Of a DNA stretch of 64,000 bases, positions 52,543-64,000 are shown one piece after another; the stretch's first letter is position 1; each line of letters begins with the position of its first letter. Below the pieces are notes generated by a model. That model was not told the origin of the DNA, made no database searches, and saw nothing but the letters and a program-made list of their open reading frames with translations. The DNA comes from Owenia fusiformis (taxonomy: Eukaryota), in assembly GCA_903813345.2 (NCBI GenBank), contig CAIIXF020000001.1, positions 37,386,001 to 37,450,000 on the forward strand. Direction: 5' to 3'. Made by a program: the position numbers and the translations under genes.

Positions 52543-53196
52543 GTAAGTAGTATTCAGTTTAGTTCAAGTAAAATATATTTGTGATAGTACAAAAACCTGT
52601 AGACTGAATGGTAGATATAATGGAAAGTCAACAATGCTCTTCAATGTGTATTGCAATCTGTGCAGGTTCTTAATTAAAAGCTTCAAAATGAAGAGTTTGT
52701 GACAAAGTAGTGCTCAAATTGACTTGTATATTTATGAGGAGTCTTATTAAACATTAGCTAGTTTAATTAAGGGTGAACATAATACCTGGAACTTGCTTCC
52801 TTTGCAATTTCAATGTATCAGCATTCAGCTTTTTTTTCTGTATACTATTCTATCAACCAATGAATGAGGGGGTGCGCGAAGTTTAAATACTTTTCTGATA
52901 ATCTCTATCACCCCCTGTGTGCATGATGACATAGAGCTAAATATGAATTTTGTTTTAATGGTAAACATACTGAGCCCCGTATGAAATAAGCCCTTGGCTT
53001 TAATGCAATGATTTACATTGTGGACTGCAGGTATATTACAGAAAATTTAAACAATTGACTTTAATGCTTGAAGTAACAAATTGGTGTATTTTAGACGATT
53101 TTTTTTCTACAACACATCACACAAATGTTCCATTTTTTGGACCACTCTGTAGTAAAGGTGATTGTATAGCTAGTACAGGTTAATTCAAAGTAATAA

Positions 53197-54099
53197 CACA
53201 GGCTGGTATCGAAAGATTTGTCCGCTGTGACGGAGCATGCTATTTTTCATAAAAACACTAAGAATGCTTCACGATTTAATTTTTAACTCATATGTTTCGT
53301 TATATCAAAGATAATTACTTACTCCATGCAATGGATATATCATTTGCGTGTAACCTTCACTTCTGTTTGAAGTCCAATAACGCTAGGAGTAAAATCTATT
53401 GAAAACTGCGCCAGAGTATCAAACTCCATCCTTGCTGCAAGGGTATTTTACAAGTATTAGGCATAAATGAAGTCCTTTGAAGAAGGATGATCAAACTCTA
53501 AAATGTACCATCTCTTTTTTAACTTTTTAATGGCATGATATAGTGACACGCTAATATTAACATATGTTTTAAGCATAACTCTGTATGTATTAATGAGATA
53601 TTAATGCATTGGGTCTTATTAATTTTTTTATAAAAAATAATATTAATATTTTTTGTCCGCTGTGACGGAGCATTTTCACAGTTCACATTTGCAACTGCTC
53701 CGTCACAGCGGACAAAAAAATTAAACATTATTTTTTATAAAAGAATTAAAAAGACCAAATACACCAACATCTCATTTATACCTTCATAGTTATGCTGAAA
53801 CCATGTGTAAATATTATCGTATCACTATATCGTGCCATTAGAAAGTTAAACAAGAAATGGTACATTTTGAAGTATGATACTCCGGGGCCATTTTCAATAG
53901 CTTTTCTTCCCAGCGTAATTGGACTTCAAACAAAAGTGAAAGTTACCCGCAAATGATATATCCATTGCATGGAGTAAGTAATTTTGTATGGTATAACGAA
54001 ACATATGAGTTAAAAAATAAATCGTGAAGTATTCTTAGTGTTTTTATGAAAAATAGCATGCTCCGTCACAGCGGACAAATATTTCGGTACCAGCCTGTG
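53197..54099. mobile_element. 903-bp foldback element, CAC...GTG termini, 5-bp TSD
   Basis: CACAGGCTGGTA...TACCAGCCTGTG; arms 53197-53672 and 53696-54099; TSD AATAA at 53192-53196 and 54100-54104. Confidence 0.93.
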
Positions 54100-54944
54100 A
54101 ATAAGTGATAACAAAAAATAATCATCTGATTTAATAAAATTTATTGACACATGTTAATGTTTTGAATTAAAAACATGCAATTTAAAAAGAAATGTTCAAA
54201 AGCTATACTGTACATCCAAAAACATTTTGGAATCCATAATTGTTTATCTTCTGTAAACTGACAAAAGTTGTATTCCTTAATGATTGTCAGTATTGTTTGT
54301 CAATATTGCTAATTAAATCAACTTCACTGGGGGGTATCGTATTGTTGCATCAAGATGGCCAGACTTCCGGTGATAGATTTTCGTACGATGTTTTGTTTTC
54401 CCAATTTACACCCATTTCTAGGACGAGTTGCTCAATAATCATACACGTGCAGTTAGCCCATGATCTATATTTTAAAAAACTGTCATTGGTATACATGTAG
54501 CATCATCAAGAAGCGATAAATTCGTGGTTTTAATTCCTCACTATTGATGCAACAACACCACTCTGTTTCTTATCGATGATGCAACAACACCAATGTGCTG
54601 ATGCAAAAACGCCAATATAATGTATCATTGAACAACAAGAGAAACTGTTTTATGTTCTGTTTACGGGTGTAGGTCGGGACATGAATAAAACGCGTGAGTC
54701 AGTGGTCCATGAACGAAACGTATTTTGTTTGGATTCTTTGTCTATATCAAAGTTAAAAGGATATACTGCAAGGCAAACTAAATAAAGTACTGAATCCCCG
54801 AGAGGCAATCTCATTGATATTGTATCTGAAAAATAAAGATTATACATTTTCTAAATTAAATGCCCTTGATTTACCGTATGGAAATTGTTTACAAATAACT
54901 AATATAATTTTGGAAAGACAACAGATATCAGTCATTTTGTGTTG

Positions 54945-56065
54945 TTAGTACCTCAATTGAAATACTCAATTCTGATTGGCTGATGAGCGGTCAACAAAAT
55001 GTATTGTTAGTACCTCAACTGAAATACTCGATTCTGATTGGTTGATTAGCGGTCAAAATTATGTACTGTTGACCGCTACTAGGTACTGTTGACCGCTACT
55101 TCTGAAAAAAAGTTTCATGACGTCACAAAAACATGGAAGACGGACACTGTGATGTGCCAAATACAGAGTAAAGCTACTTGTACTGTCTCCAGATTTTCTA
55201 AAAAAAATATTGCTAACGTGGTTCGGAGAAAAGGTTGTGAAATGAAGCCATGCCGATTGATGATTGTCGTCTATATGTGTATTATTAGCTTGCTCGGACT
55301 AACAAAACAATTGTAGACCTCTCCATTCGATCAACCGTCAAAATCATATACCTAGACTGTAAACCTTCGGTCTCTGTCAACAGTAGTTTTTCGGTTTACA
55401 GTCTCGGTAAACAATTTTGCCGGTTGACCTCTGGGGAGGTCAACAGTTTACAATTGTTGACCTCCCCAGAGGTCAACCGGCAAAATTGTATACCTTTGTA
55501 CAATTGTAAACTGTTGACCACTTCTAGGTACTGTTGACCGCTATTTTTGAAAAATTGTTTTTTTAATGTTGATTTTTTTTAATTTTAAAAAAATAAGTTG
55601 TGTAAAAATTACAAGTATTCGACGGTTTGGGGATTTTTTGCTAAAATATGATACCTTTACTTATCAAATATGTTCACGTGATATTCGATTATATATTCGT
55701 CCAATTATTATATTATTTGGACTTACAGAACAATTGTTAACCTCTCTTTTCGGTCAACTGGCAAAAGTGTCCTCGACCTCTGGTCTTGATCAACAGTACT
55801 TTCAAGGTTTACAGTATCAGTATACAATTTTGCCAGTTGACCTTAAGAGAGGTCTACAATTGTATATTATATCCTTTAAATTATTATATTTTCGGACTAC
55901 CAAACAATTGTTAACCTCTCTATTCGGTGAATTGGCCAAAGTGTATACCTCAACAGTAAACCCTGAGAGTACTGTTGACCTCGACCTCCGAACTTTCAAG
56001 GATTACAGTATCGGTATACAATTTTGCCAGTTGACCTCAAGAGAGGTCTACAATTGTATATTCTA
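54945..56065. mobile_element. Cluster of hairpin-ended non-autonomous elements (Crypton-like), partly tandem-duplicated
   Basis: ctgattgg head duplicated (54945-55070); hairpin module acctctc..ggtcaac.g.caaaa...ttttgcc.gttgacct...gaggtctacaattgt at ~55316, ~55735 and ~55908. Confidence 0.6.
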
Positions 56066-56520
56066 TATCCTTTGTTATCCCACCCAAAGTATGATGTCAT
56101 ATATCAAGTTGAAGAGTTGTATACGCTGCTCAGGAGTTTACGCTATCCAGGAGTTGTACATCGTTCTCAAGAGTTGTATAGGATGAGTGTTGGTTTAATG
56201 ATATTGCAGTTATACAATGCTATTATATAAAGGTTATTTACTGAGAGGGATTCAATATTGGTTTTATTCGAAGAGACAATGTGATATTTCCCGAGGGCCC
56301 GGGATATCTGTACCCCTATCAATTTACCTTTTTGGGCCATTAATCGTATCACTTTTGTTTACCTTTTTACTCAGTCGGAGAAGGAATCCAAAGAGAGTAA
56401 TAATTCTACATGTGCGTCATGCAAGATTTCCATTGAACGTGTTACTAAACGGCCTCTCTAATAAAGTCAATTAGACGTTTTTACACGTTGGCTCTCCAAA
56501 TTGGAGGAAATAAATACAGA

Positions 56521-57105
56521 ATATCCCATCATTTTGAGTGATATCATTTTTATCGCCGAGTTGATATCAAATATCAACACGAGTGAGCGAAGCGAATGAG
56601 TGTTGATATTTGATATCTACGAGGCGATAAAATGATATCACGAGAAATTATGTGATATTGGGTTTATCCCATGATTACAATTCGCCAATTCTTCGTCAGA
56701 CGAATTTGCACCGGCCATTTTGATTTGTACTTTACTCACTGCGCAGTAATATGCACTAATTTCTGTACATGATATAGTTCGTCATAAATACCATTTTTAA
56801 TCGTTATTAAGCAGCCTTCTAACTAAATTATATACACAATCGTAATTCAATACACCAATGAAACTTAAAGAGAATAAATTAACGGACCTATTTTCTCAAA
56901 AGAGAATAAATTATCTGACCTAATTCCCAACAATATTGTGGCGCGAAATGCAAATGTGATATCACACGGATATGCGTGAGATAAACGATATCACACGCAT
57001 ATGAGTTTGATAAACGATTTTCTGGAAAATATCACACGGATTTCAATAATATCGGAAATATCAATAGCTGTTATTGTACAGATAACACATTAATCGTGGG
57101 ATAAA
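56521..57105. mobile_element. Crypton-like non-autonomous element with a large terminal hairpin
   Basis: Hairpin 56521-56660 centred on gagtgagcgaagcgaatgag; inverted pair tttatcccatgatta (56663) / taatcgtgggataaa (57091). Confidence 0.6.
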
Positions 57106-58129
57106 GAATCATATCATATTATATCATAGATAAAGCAATCATCCAATCAACATAAGCTCACGAATCTCCCAGTTAAACTGCTTTAGTTTTAATTTGGTAA
57201 ACAGTGGTAACGTACATCTACTAGTTTATCACTGTTCCACAGATGGATGACAGATAATTTCCAATAGCTCGTCATGTTTACCGAGGACGAAAGATGTTTG
57301 TCCACCATTTTGAATGATACTAACTGGAGTCAGGGTCATCAAGCTATGGAACAGTGGTTTATGAAAATAGATTGGGTTACTAAAGCTTGCCATGTTAAAG
57401 GCGATTGAACTATGTTATAGAACAACGTCCAGTACATTATAATATTCAAAAGTATAAATTTTTGAAAATACATATAAAGGATCTTCGCCCGCAGGACGTG
57501 TATTTTGAATGCCTTGAGAAGAACGCAAATATGGGTAATGGGTAACGGTGTTGCAATAGTAGCATTTAAAAATCTGTTCATCTTTAGATTTATGGTCTTC
57601 TGAAATTATACTATTAATTGGTGTTGCTGCATCATTGCTCAAATCTAGAGGAGTGTTGTTGCATCTTCGGTTTGGTGTTGTTGCATCAATAGTGAGAAAC
57701 TAAAACCGTGAACTTATTGCTTCTTGGTGATGGTACATGTATACTAATGACAGTTTCTTTAAATATAGATCGTGCGCTAACTGCACGTGTGTGGTTTTTG
57801 AGCAACTCGTCCTAGAAATGGGTTTAAATTGGGGAAACAAAATATCGTACGAAAATCGATCACCGGAAGTCTGGCCATCTTGATGCAACAACACGGTGTT
57901 GTTGCATCAAGATACTCCCCAGTGAACTTGTTCTAACATAATTTTTTTTTCATGTTATCGATTTATTTCAAATAATAACATAGATATACACAGTCAGCTG
58001 ATTGCCAAAGTTTTACAACATTAGCGGCAATTAAATAACATATGTTCTAACATAATAATAAACAACTATTGTGACCTTTGAGACACATCTATCACTTTAT
58101 TCACTTATTAATTCATTATATAACTTCAG

Positions 58130-58339
58130 CTTGAAATGTTCCCAGATGTTGAAGTTGACTTCTTAATCCGGTTGATAATGATGCGAGGCGAACCTCCTCC
58201 TGGTGTAGAAGCACAGGCTTTCCTCATGGAGTGGGCATGTAACCAGTTGCTAGAAAGGCCTTACCCTAAAACTAAACCTAAAGAGAGAGTGCCATCTTCT
58301 GCAACAGCTTCATACACTGCAAGTGTAGACTCTGTACAG
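58130..58339 (+). CDS. RNF216: RNF216-like exon 6 (CUE/UBA-like helical domain)
   Basis: acttcag| LEMFPDVEVDFL...WACNQLLERPYPK, resembling the RNF216 FP..D..YL / CN.LLE.P.YPK region; CAG|GTAAGG. Confidence 0.85.
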
Positions 58340-59059
58340 GTAAGGGTTAATGATAACATCATCAACTTTTAATTTGCTTCTCAGATATTGTTGTGACACC
58401 AAATTTAATAATGTGCAAATGAAACAAGATTAAGTTAGCTTTCTAGCTTGGTGTATATTATTGAAATATTGTTTTGATCCAGCTCCTAGAAGAGAGTGAT
58501 TTTTAGGTCTGAGTCTAAAACTGTATAGAATTCTGGTGAGCTTCCAACATTCCAAGATTAATAGAAAAAAGATAAATACTAAGTAGATAATAAACTAATT
58601 AGGGATAATATCACTCAAAAATAATTGTTGTACCGTGCCAGTCATGCTGTTGTAACCACTCACTCATTGTCAGTGCTGCGTACTATGTATAGCAATGGCG
58701 TATCAGCCTGTGGTAAAGTTTCTCAGGAAACTGGCTTAATTATGTACAAGCACCAATACCAAACTTTTTAAAAACTATAAAATATTCAACTTTCAATAGC
58801 CAAATCAGATAATGAAAATCAAATCTTACCCCATTCAGAAGTTACACTTTGCATTCGTTTGACTTTGAATTCACTTCTCAAGAGAGCTTCATCTTCACTC
58901 TTTCAGTTTTCAATAAATCTCTGAACTCACCGAGCCAATCAGAGATCGTCGTCGAAATACGGATGACTTTCTATGTAGGGTCACTTTCTCTGACGTAATC
59001 GCATAATTATTGTGCACACTTGTTCCTTCAAGCTCCCTGATTAGTTGAGAATAGGCTAG

Positions 59060-59160
59060 TGTGGTAGGTGTGAAATGATTTAAGACCCGGGCTTTCACAG
59101 GCATCGGTCGTGGGGGGTCGCTTCTGAGAGGGTAGTTTAAACTAGACCCTGCACGCAGGG
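59060..59160 (+). mobile_element. Possible SINE (Meta-domain-like) fragment
   Basis: gtaggtgtgaaatgatttaagaccc...gctttcacaggcatcggtcg resembles, from memory, the MetaSINE central domain; unverified. Confidence 0.3.
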
Positions 59161-59278
59161 TAAAAGTCACATTATCAAAGAAAATTAAACTCAAAGTTAA
59201 CAATTTTTAAAACTATATTTCTATAAATGAAAATCTATATGTAGGCTAAATCACTTTGACTAAATTTTGAACATTTAA

Positions 59279-60110
59279 AGTCCCCGTCTAAAGTTTGAAA
59301 ATATTTTTTTATCATTCATTTACTATTTGTCAGGACTTAAAAAGTGATTTTAGAGATTTTTGAACAAAACATTTTTTTTGAAAAAAAAGTTGTGAGCATT
59401 TCATTTCTCAAATATTCAAATTTCCCGCCATTTTTCCAAAAAAGTTGAAATTTCTTAATCATCAAATATTTCTTAATGCATTTCAAAAAAGATTATATTT
59501 TTAACACCAATGCAAAGATTGAACAAAAGACACACTATTTCAATAATAAAATGTCATATTTAATGGGCCACTTCAATGTTTTAGCTTATCAAAAATATTT
59601 TGAAACATTAGTGATGTCACTAAGGTAACAAAAACTTTTTGAAAAAAATTGAAATTTTTTTTTCGATGTCAATCTTTTCTAAATATGCTAGACTTTCATA
59701 AAAAACCAATGTTGATTGTCTAACCAGGTTAAAAGGAAGAATAAATTATGTTTTAGATATCATTGTTCCATTGGTTTCTATGAGAACTAAAATTTTGAAA
59801 TGCATTTTTCTCAGAACCATTTTCATGCACTGATAAGTTCATTTCTCGCTTGTTTATCAACCGATTTTCTTAATTTTTCGGCAAAAAACATGGGAGGATG
59901 TATGCTATGCATTGGTATGAATTGTGGCTAATTAAAAGATATATAGTGACCTCTAAAAGTTGGTTTTAAATAAATTCACAAATTTTGGAACAAAAAGTCT
60001 ATCAAAAACCACTTTTTGAAATTAAAAAAAAAGTTTCACATATCACACTTTGATAACATTGGGTAAGACTACAATATAAGCCAAAGTGGTTTAAACTTTA
60101 CATGGGGCCT
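59279..60110. mobile_element. Kolobok-like MITE with TTAA TSD
   Basis: TTAA|AGTCCCCGTCTAAAGTTT ... AAACTTTACATGGGGCCT|TTAA. Confidence 0.7.
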
Positions 60111-61012
60111 TTAAGGACTTCATTTTCTACTGCGACTCTAGTCCATGTGATCTAGGATTTGGTTGTGAATAGGGGAATGGGGGGAGGGAGTTATAATGAA
60201 GCACCCTGTAGGAAGTGGTTAATATCCACTGGTCAACATTATTGCATCATAGTTAAGCATATATAAAGACATTTTTGATGTCAATAGCTAATTGATACAG
60301 TTATTTTAAGAGTGTCCCCAGGGAATGAAACCAGCCATGTCAACATGTTTCTATACATTACCATGGCTGTTTGAAATAAGGATCAATCAGGAGTAATTTG
60401 ATATCTCTCATCCTAGCTAAGGGTTAAATACTTCACTGTGAACTCAGGTGAATATGCAGCTTTATTAGTAAGAGTTCTGTGTTTTAATTTTTTGTGGTTT
60501 TATACATCAGATTTAAGGCTTTAATGAAACAAGAGAAAAGTATTCAGTTTGCTATCATTGATAGAGAAGTTATATACATGAATTAAGAAGTATGAAGAAA
60601 AGAAATAAAAACAGTTGCCTTTTGGTAAGTATAATGTAGCATTTACAACAATATTAAGGTTTATATGCTGCTACATATGGACATAGGAGAAATTTTCAAG
60701 ATGGCAGCTGTATTTTAAAATGGCCACCATTTTTCATAACCAAAATGGTGGATGTATTTCAACTGTTTTTCGTAAAAAATGTTTTCTTTAATAACTCAAT
60801 ACCAGTGAACAGATTTGGTTTGAATTTTAGAAGCTGATATGCTCTGCTCAAGATGAAATTTTCAAGATGGCCACTAATTATCAAAATGTGTTTTGTTCTG
60901 TGGGATTTGCTACTCCATGGAGTTACCAGGTAATTTTACTAGAAAGGATTCTCAAATTTGTATAGTTTACATGGCCTTCTTTTGTATTGTTCAGAATATG
61001 ATTTATTTTCAG

Positions 61013-61114
61013 GCTGCAGATGTGAACTACTATTCTGAAGATGCTGTAAAAACAGTTCTAAATCCCAACGCTCGTAAACAGGGACTTGATCTCATCTCAA
61101 ATGAGTTCAGAAAG
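61013..61114 (+). CDS. RNF216: RNF216-like exon 7
   Basis: attttcag| AADVNYYSEDAVKTVLNPNARKQGLDLISNEFRK |gtaaat; phase 0/0. Confidence 0.85.
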
Positions 61115-61823
61115 GTAAATCACAATAAGTTAGGAATTTTATATTTGCAAGTTAGAAACTAGTTATGTAGTTAAAAGTACAACAAACATTAAAGATGAGA
61201 GGAGAGTAACTTTCTAAAAAATTCTCAGAATTTTATGATTTTTGGTTCATTGCACTTAATGCGATGCCTTCTACAACATTTTTGCATTGATCACATAACA
61301 ATCCTTTGATTGCTAAGGTTATGTAGCAATCAGTTAGAAGAGATGAATATCTACCTTGTAACTTCTGATTTTGGATATTTTTGCATCTCAAATCTTCAAA
61401 TTATGACTTTCATTTATATATTTGATCATATACAATGAAGCTAAGAGATCTCACTGACGAATGTCTATGGATTTGTAAATTAATGTTCTGGTGTACAATG
61501 CAGTTCCTTAGTAAGCTAAGTTGATTGTGTTGAATCATCCATTGTTTGTCTCCATTTTGTTACAAGATGTCTGTCTGTCCAGCTCCTACCTTTGCCTCAT
61601 TTTAGAGAAGTTAGGTTTTTGTCATCAATAAGCTGGCAAACAATTGTTGAAAGAATTTAAAAAGTTATTAAATTGTTTGTAACTATCTTGAGAATGAAAG
61701 CTTTGATTTTACCAGGGAATTCCACATGGTGCATTTCTTCAAACGATACCATTCTTGCCATGATTGAAATCTTAACACTGGTTTATCTTATTTGTGTGAT
61801 AATGTAAGAAGTTTTTATTCCAG

Positions 61824-61935
61824 CTCTCACTGATGGGTCTGAGACAGATCTATGAGGCATTCAACAGTCATTATGCGGCCACACGTAAAGCTGTCATAGA
61901 TGGGGTTGAGGCAGTTGGATACACATTTCTCAAAG
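61824..61935 (+). CDS. RNF216: RNF216-like exon 8
   Basis: attccag| LSLMGLRQIYEAFNSHYAATRKAVIDG...; HYAxTRKA is the conserved RNF216 pre-RBR motif; G|GTACTT. Confidence 0.85.
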
Positions 61936-62197
61936 GTACTTTTTTAGCAATTGGTCATGCTGCCTTAGGCCTCAATGGCTGAAATGGACCCTAGATTTAA
62001 TCATCTTGGCCAATATGGGATACTTAGATTCTTTGGAATTTCTTTTGATTTAACTTAAAAGAAACTGTGATTTTGCTGATATTTTGTATGTTTATACTCA
62101 ATTTCAATTTTGTTGGATTTGCTTCAAAAAGTTGTATATCATGTGTTTCACGTTATTATTTATTTATTTATTTAACTTTCTACTTATTTTATTACAG

Positions 62198-62329
62198 TGG
62201 ACTTACGATATGGGAAATCAGATAAAATGAATGCATTTGATGTGTCTCAAGGTTACTTAGTATTAGTTAATGCTGAGACCAAGACTGAGGCACCAGCTGG
62301 AACAACATTGAAAATACGGATGCAAGCAG
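62198..62329 (+). CDS. RNF216: RNF216-like exon 9
   Basis: attacag| VDLRYGKSDK...TLKIRMQA G|gttagt; phase 1/1, open frame. Confidence 0.8.
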
Positions 62330-62778
62330 GTTAGTTGCCCACAATCATAAAAGTTACTATGTACTGTTTATTTTGCGTCTACATCCAAGCTTAGAGGTTT
62401 AACAAGTTAAAGACAAATGCCTTGTTAACCTAAGTACTTACTTCACCAATACTTAAGAATACTTTGCCACTTATTTTAAACCTCCATATTTTGAATAAAG
62501 GCAAATGATCATTCTTTGAAAATTACAAAAAGATATCTAAAAATTGCAAAAGTACTTTCCGTTTTTTTTTAATCAATGAATTAAATTGGGCAATCATATC
62601 TGGGAGTTACCAACTGTACTTTAGTGCATCCAATGCTGTTGATCTGCATCTTGCAGGGCTTTTGAATAAATCACAAGTATCGTCACAAATCAAGTATTAA
62701 TGTACATTACAAAGGAAGATTGTTCATTTTGTACAAAAGTTATGTATTATGACCACATATTCATCTTTGGTATTCTAG

Positions 62779-62909
62779 GTTCCAATATATTTCTGGTACC
62801 AATAAAGTCCCTGAAATCAGGACGGCCACTTAAAACTATGAGTATGTTTGATGAACAGCTGCTCAGGGAGGTTAGATTTGTGAATGGTGCTATACAGAAG
62901 GAAGTTGAA
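62779..62909 (+). CDS. RNF216: RNF216-like exon 10 (gene continues past the window; RBR domain not seen)
   Basis: ttctag| GSNIFLVPIKSLKSGRP...DEQLLREVRFVNGAIQKEVE |gtatgt; resembles the helical segment preceding RING1. Confidence 0.8.
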
Positions 62910-63055
62910 GTATGTGAATTAATTTTCTTTCCATAAGATGTGACCTGTTGATTTTATAAAATTCTGTAATTTTATTTCATGAATATTGATGACTTCATGC
63001 ATGAAAAAATTTCTAAATAACTCTTCAAAGGAGTGCAAAGAATATAAATATATAT

Positions 63056-63128
63056 ATCTTGAATAATCCTTAAGATTCTTTAAAAAGTCAAATCTTGAAT
63101 AATCCTAAAGATTCTTTAAAAAGTCAAA
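63056..63128. repeat. 36-bp tandem duplication
   Basis: atcttgaataatcct(t/a)aagattctttaaaaagtcaa twice. Confidence 0.85.
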
Positions 63129-64000
63129 ATAAACGTAGTTATGAGGAATTTTCTGCATTTTTGATATTCTATAGTAAAGTTTAGAGCTTAGAAAGACAGG
63201 GAGTTCAAAATGTAAGTTGAATCAGAGATATATAAAAATATAGTTAGACTGTGTTAAACATAATATCTCACCATACTCTAAGAGCGAGGAGGAAAATTCT
63301 TAATAAATGGAGTATAGTTGGTTTGGCAGTATTTTCAGTTAGGGGGAAGTCTTGGATGAAAATTCTACATAGGTGATAGCTTCACAGAGTGGTACATAAT
63401 TCTTTTTTTTCAGGGGTTAGCCCCCCACCCCCCAAAAACACCCCGCCCCGGTAAAATAATTTTTTCATTCTCAATAACTTTAGATATCTTGATGTTTGTA
63501 AGTTACATACATAGACATTATATATATGAATCATTTGAAAAATAAATAATGCCAATCACTCCTACAGAATTTGAATAATAGTACAAAGTGTGTACCGTAG
63601 GGGGCAAATTCGTGACCCATTTTCTTACTATTTAGAGCCTCACTTTTCATTTAGACACTGGAAGACATTGGAAAAATTCATGTGAAGTGCCCAGTTGCAG
63701 GCCTATGAGCCTTGAAAGGTTCAAAGTAATTGAATCAGTAGGAGCCGAGAAAAAAATTGTTGATTTTTTGAAACTTTTGACATTTTCGAGATGGGTGATT
63801 TTGTGTATGACTATAGCTGACACTTATAGTTTCTAGATCCATCCCTCTTTGATGTTAAATATGGTTTTAAAGTGTAGAACTAAGATGTAAAAAAGAATTA
63901 AAATGGGTTTTAAGGAAGCTTAAAGTTTTAAATAAGTCCAAAATTTGAAGAATTGTACAATATCAGGTCTGAATTTACGAATTTCAGGTATGACCTTGGA

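Larger units (their letters stand above)
54325..57924. mobile_element. 3.6-kb DNA transposon derivative, ~250-290-bp TIRs, CAC...GTG termini, 5-bp TSD
   Basis: CACTGGGGGGTATC...GATACTCCCCAGTG; TSD AACTT at 54320-54324 and 57925-57929; GATGCAACAACACC repeated in both TIRs. Confidence 0.9.

Overview
AT-rich animal genomic DNA, most likely from a marine spiralian invertebrate (inferred from the repeat families). It holds three spliced genes. (1) A complete 3-exon Mnx/Hb9 homeobox gene (+, 4768-14275, 337 aa). (2) A complete METAP1D mitochondrial methionine aminopeptidase (-, 31074-34796, 336 aa, probable 5'UTR exon near 41574). (3) The 5' part of an RNF216/TRIAD3-like E3 ligase (+, 41690 to beyond 62909), head-to-head with METAP1D and carrying an apparent +1 frameshift in its 1.9-kb exon. 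The introns of the last two genes are dense with transposons: a young non-autonomous LTR element (near-identical LTRs, tRNA-Leu PBS, no gag/pol, decayed env-like remnant), three unrelated CAC...GTG elements with 5-bp TSDs (Transib/RAG-like signature), Helentron-type satellite carriers, several MITEs, nested insertions and LINE fragments. All calls come from manual reading; no database searches were run.
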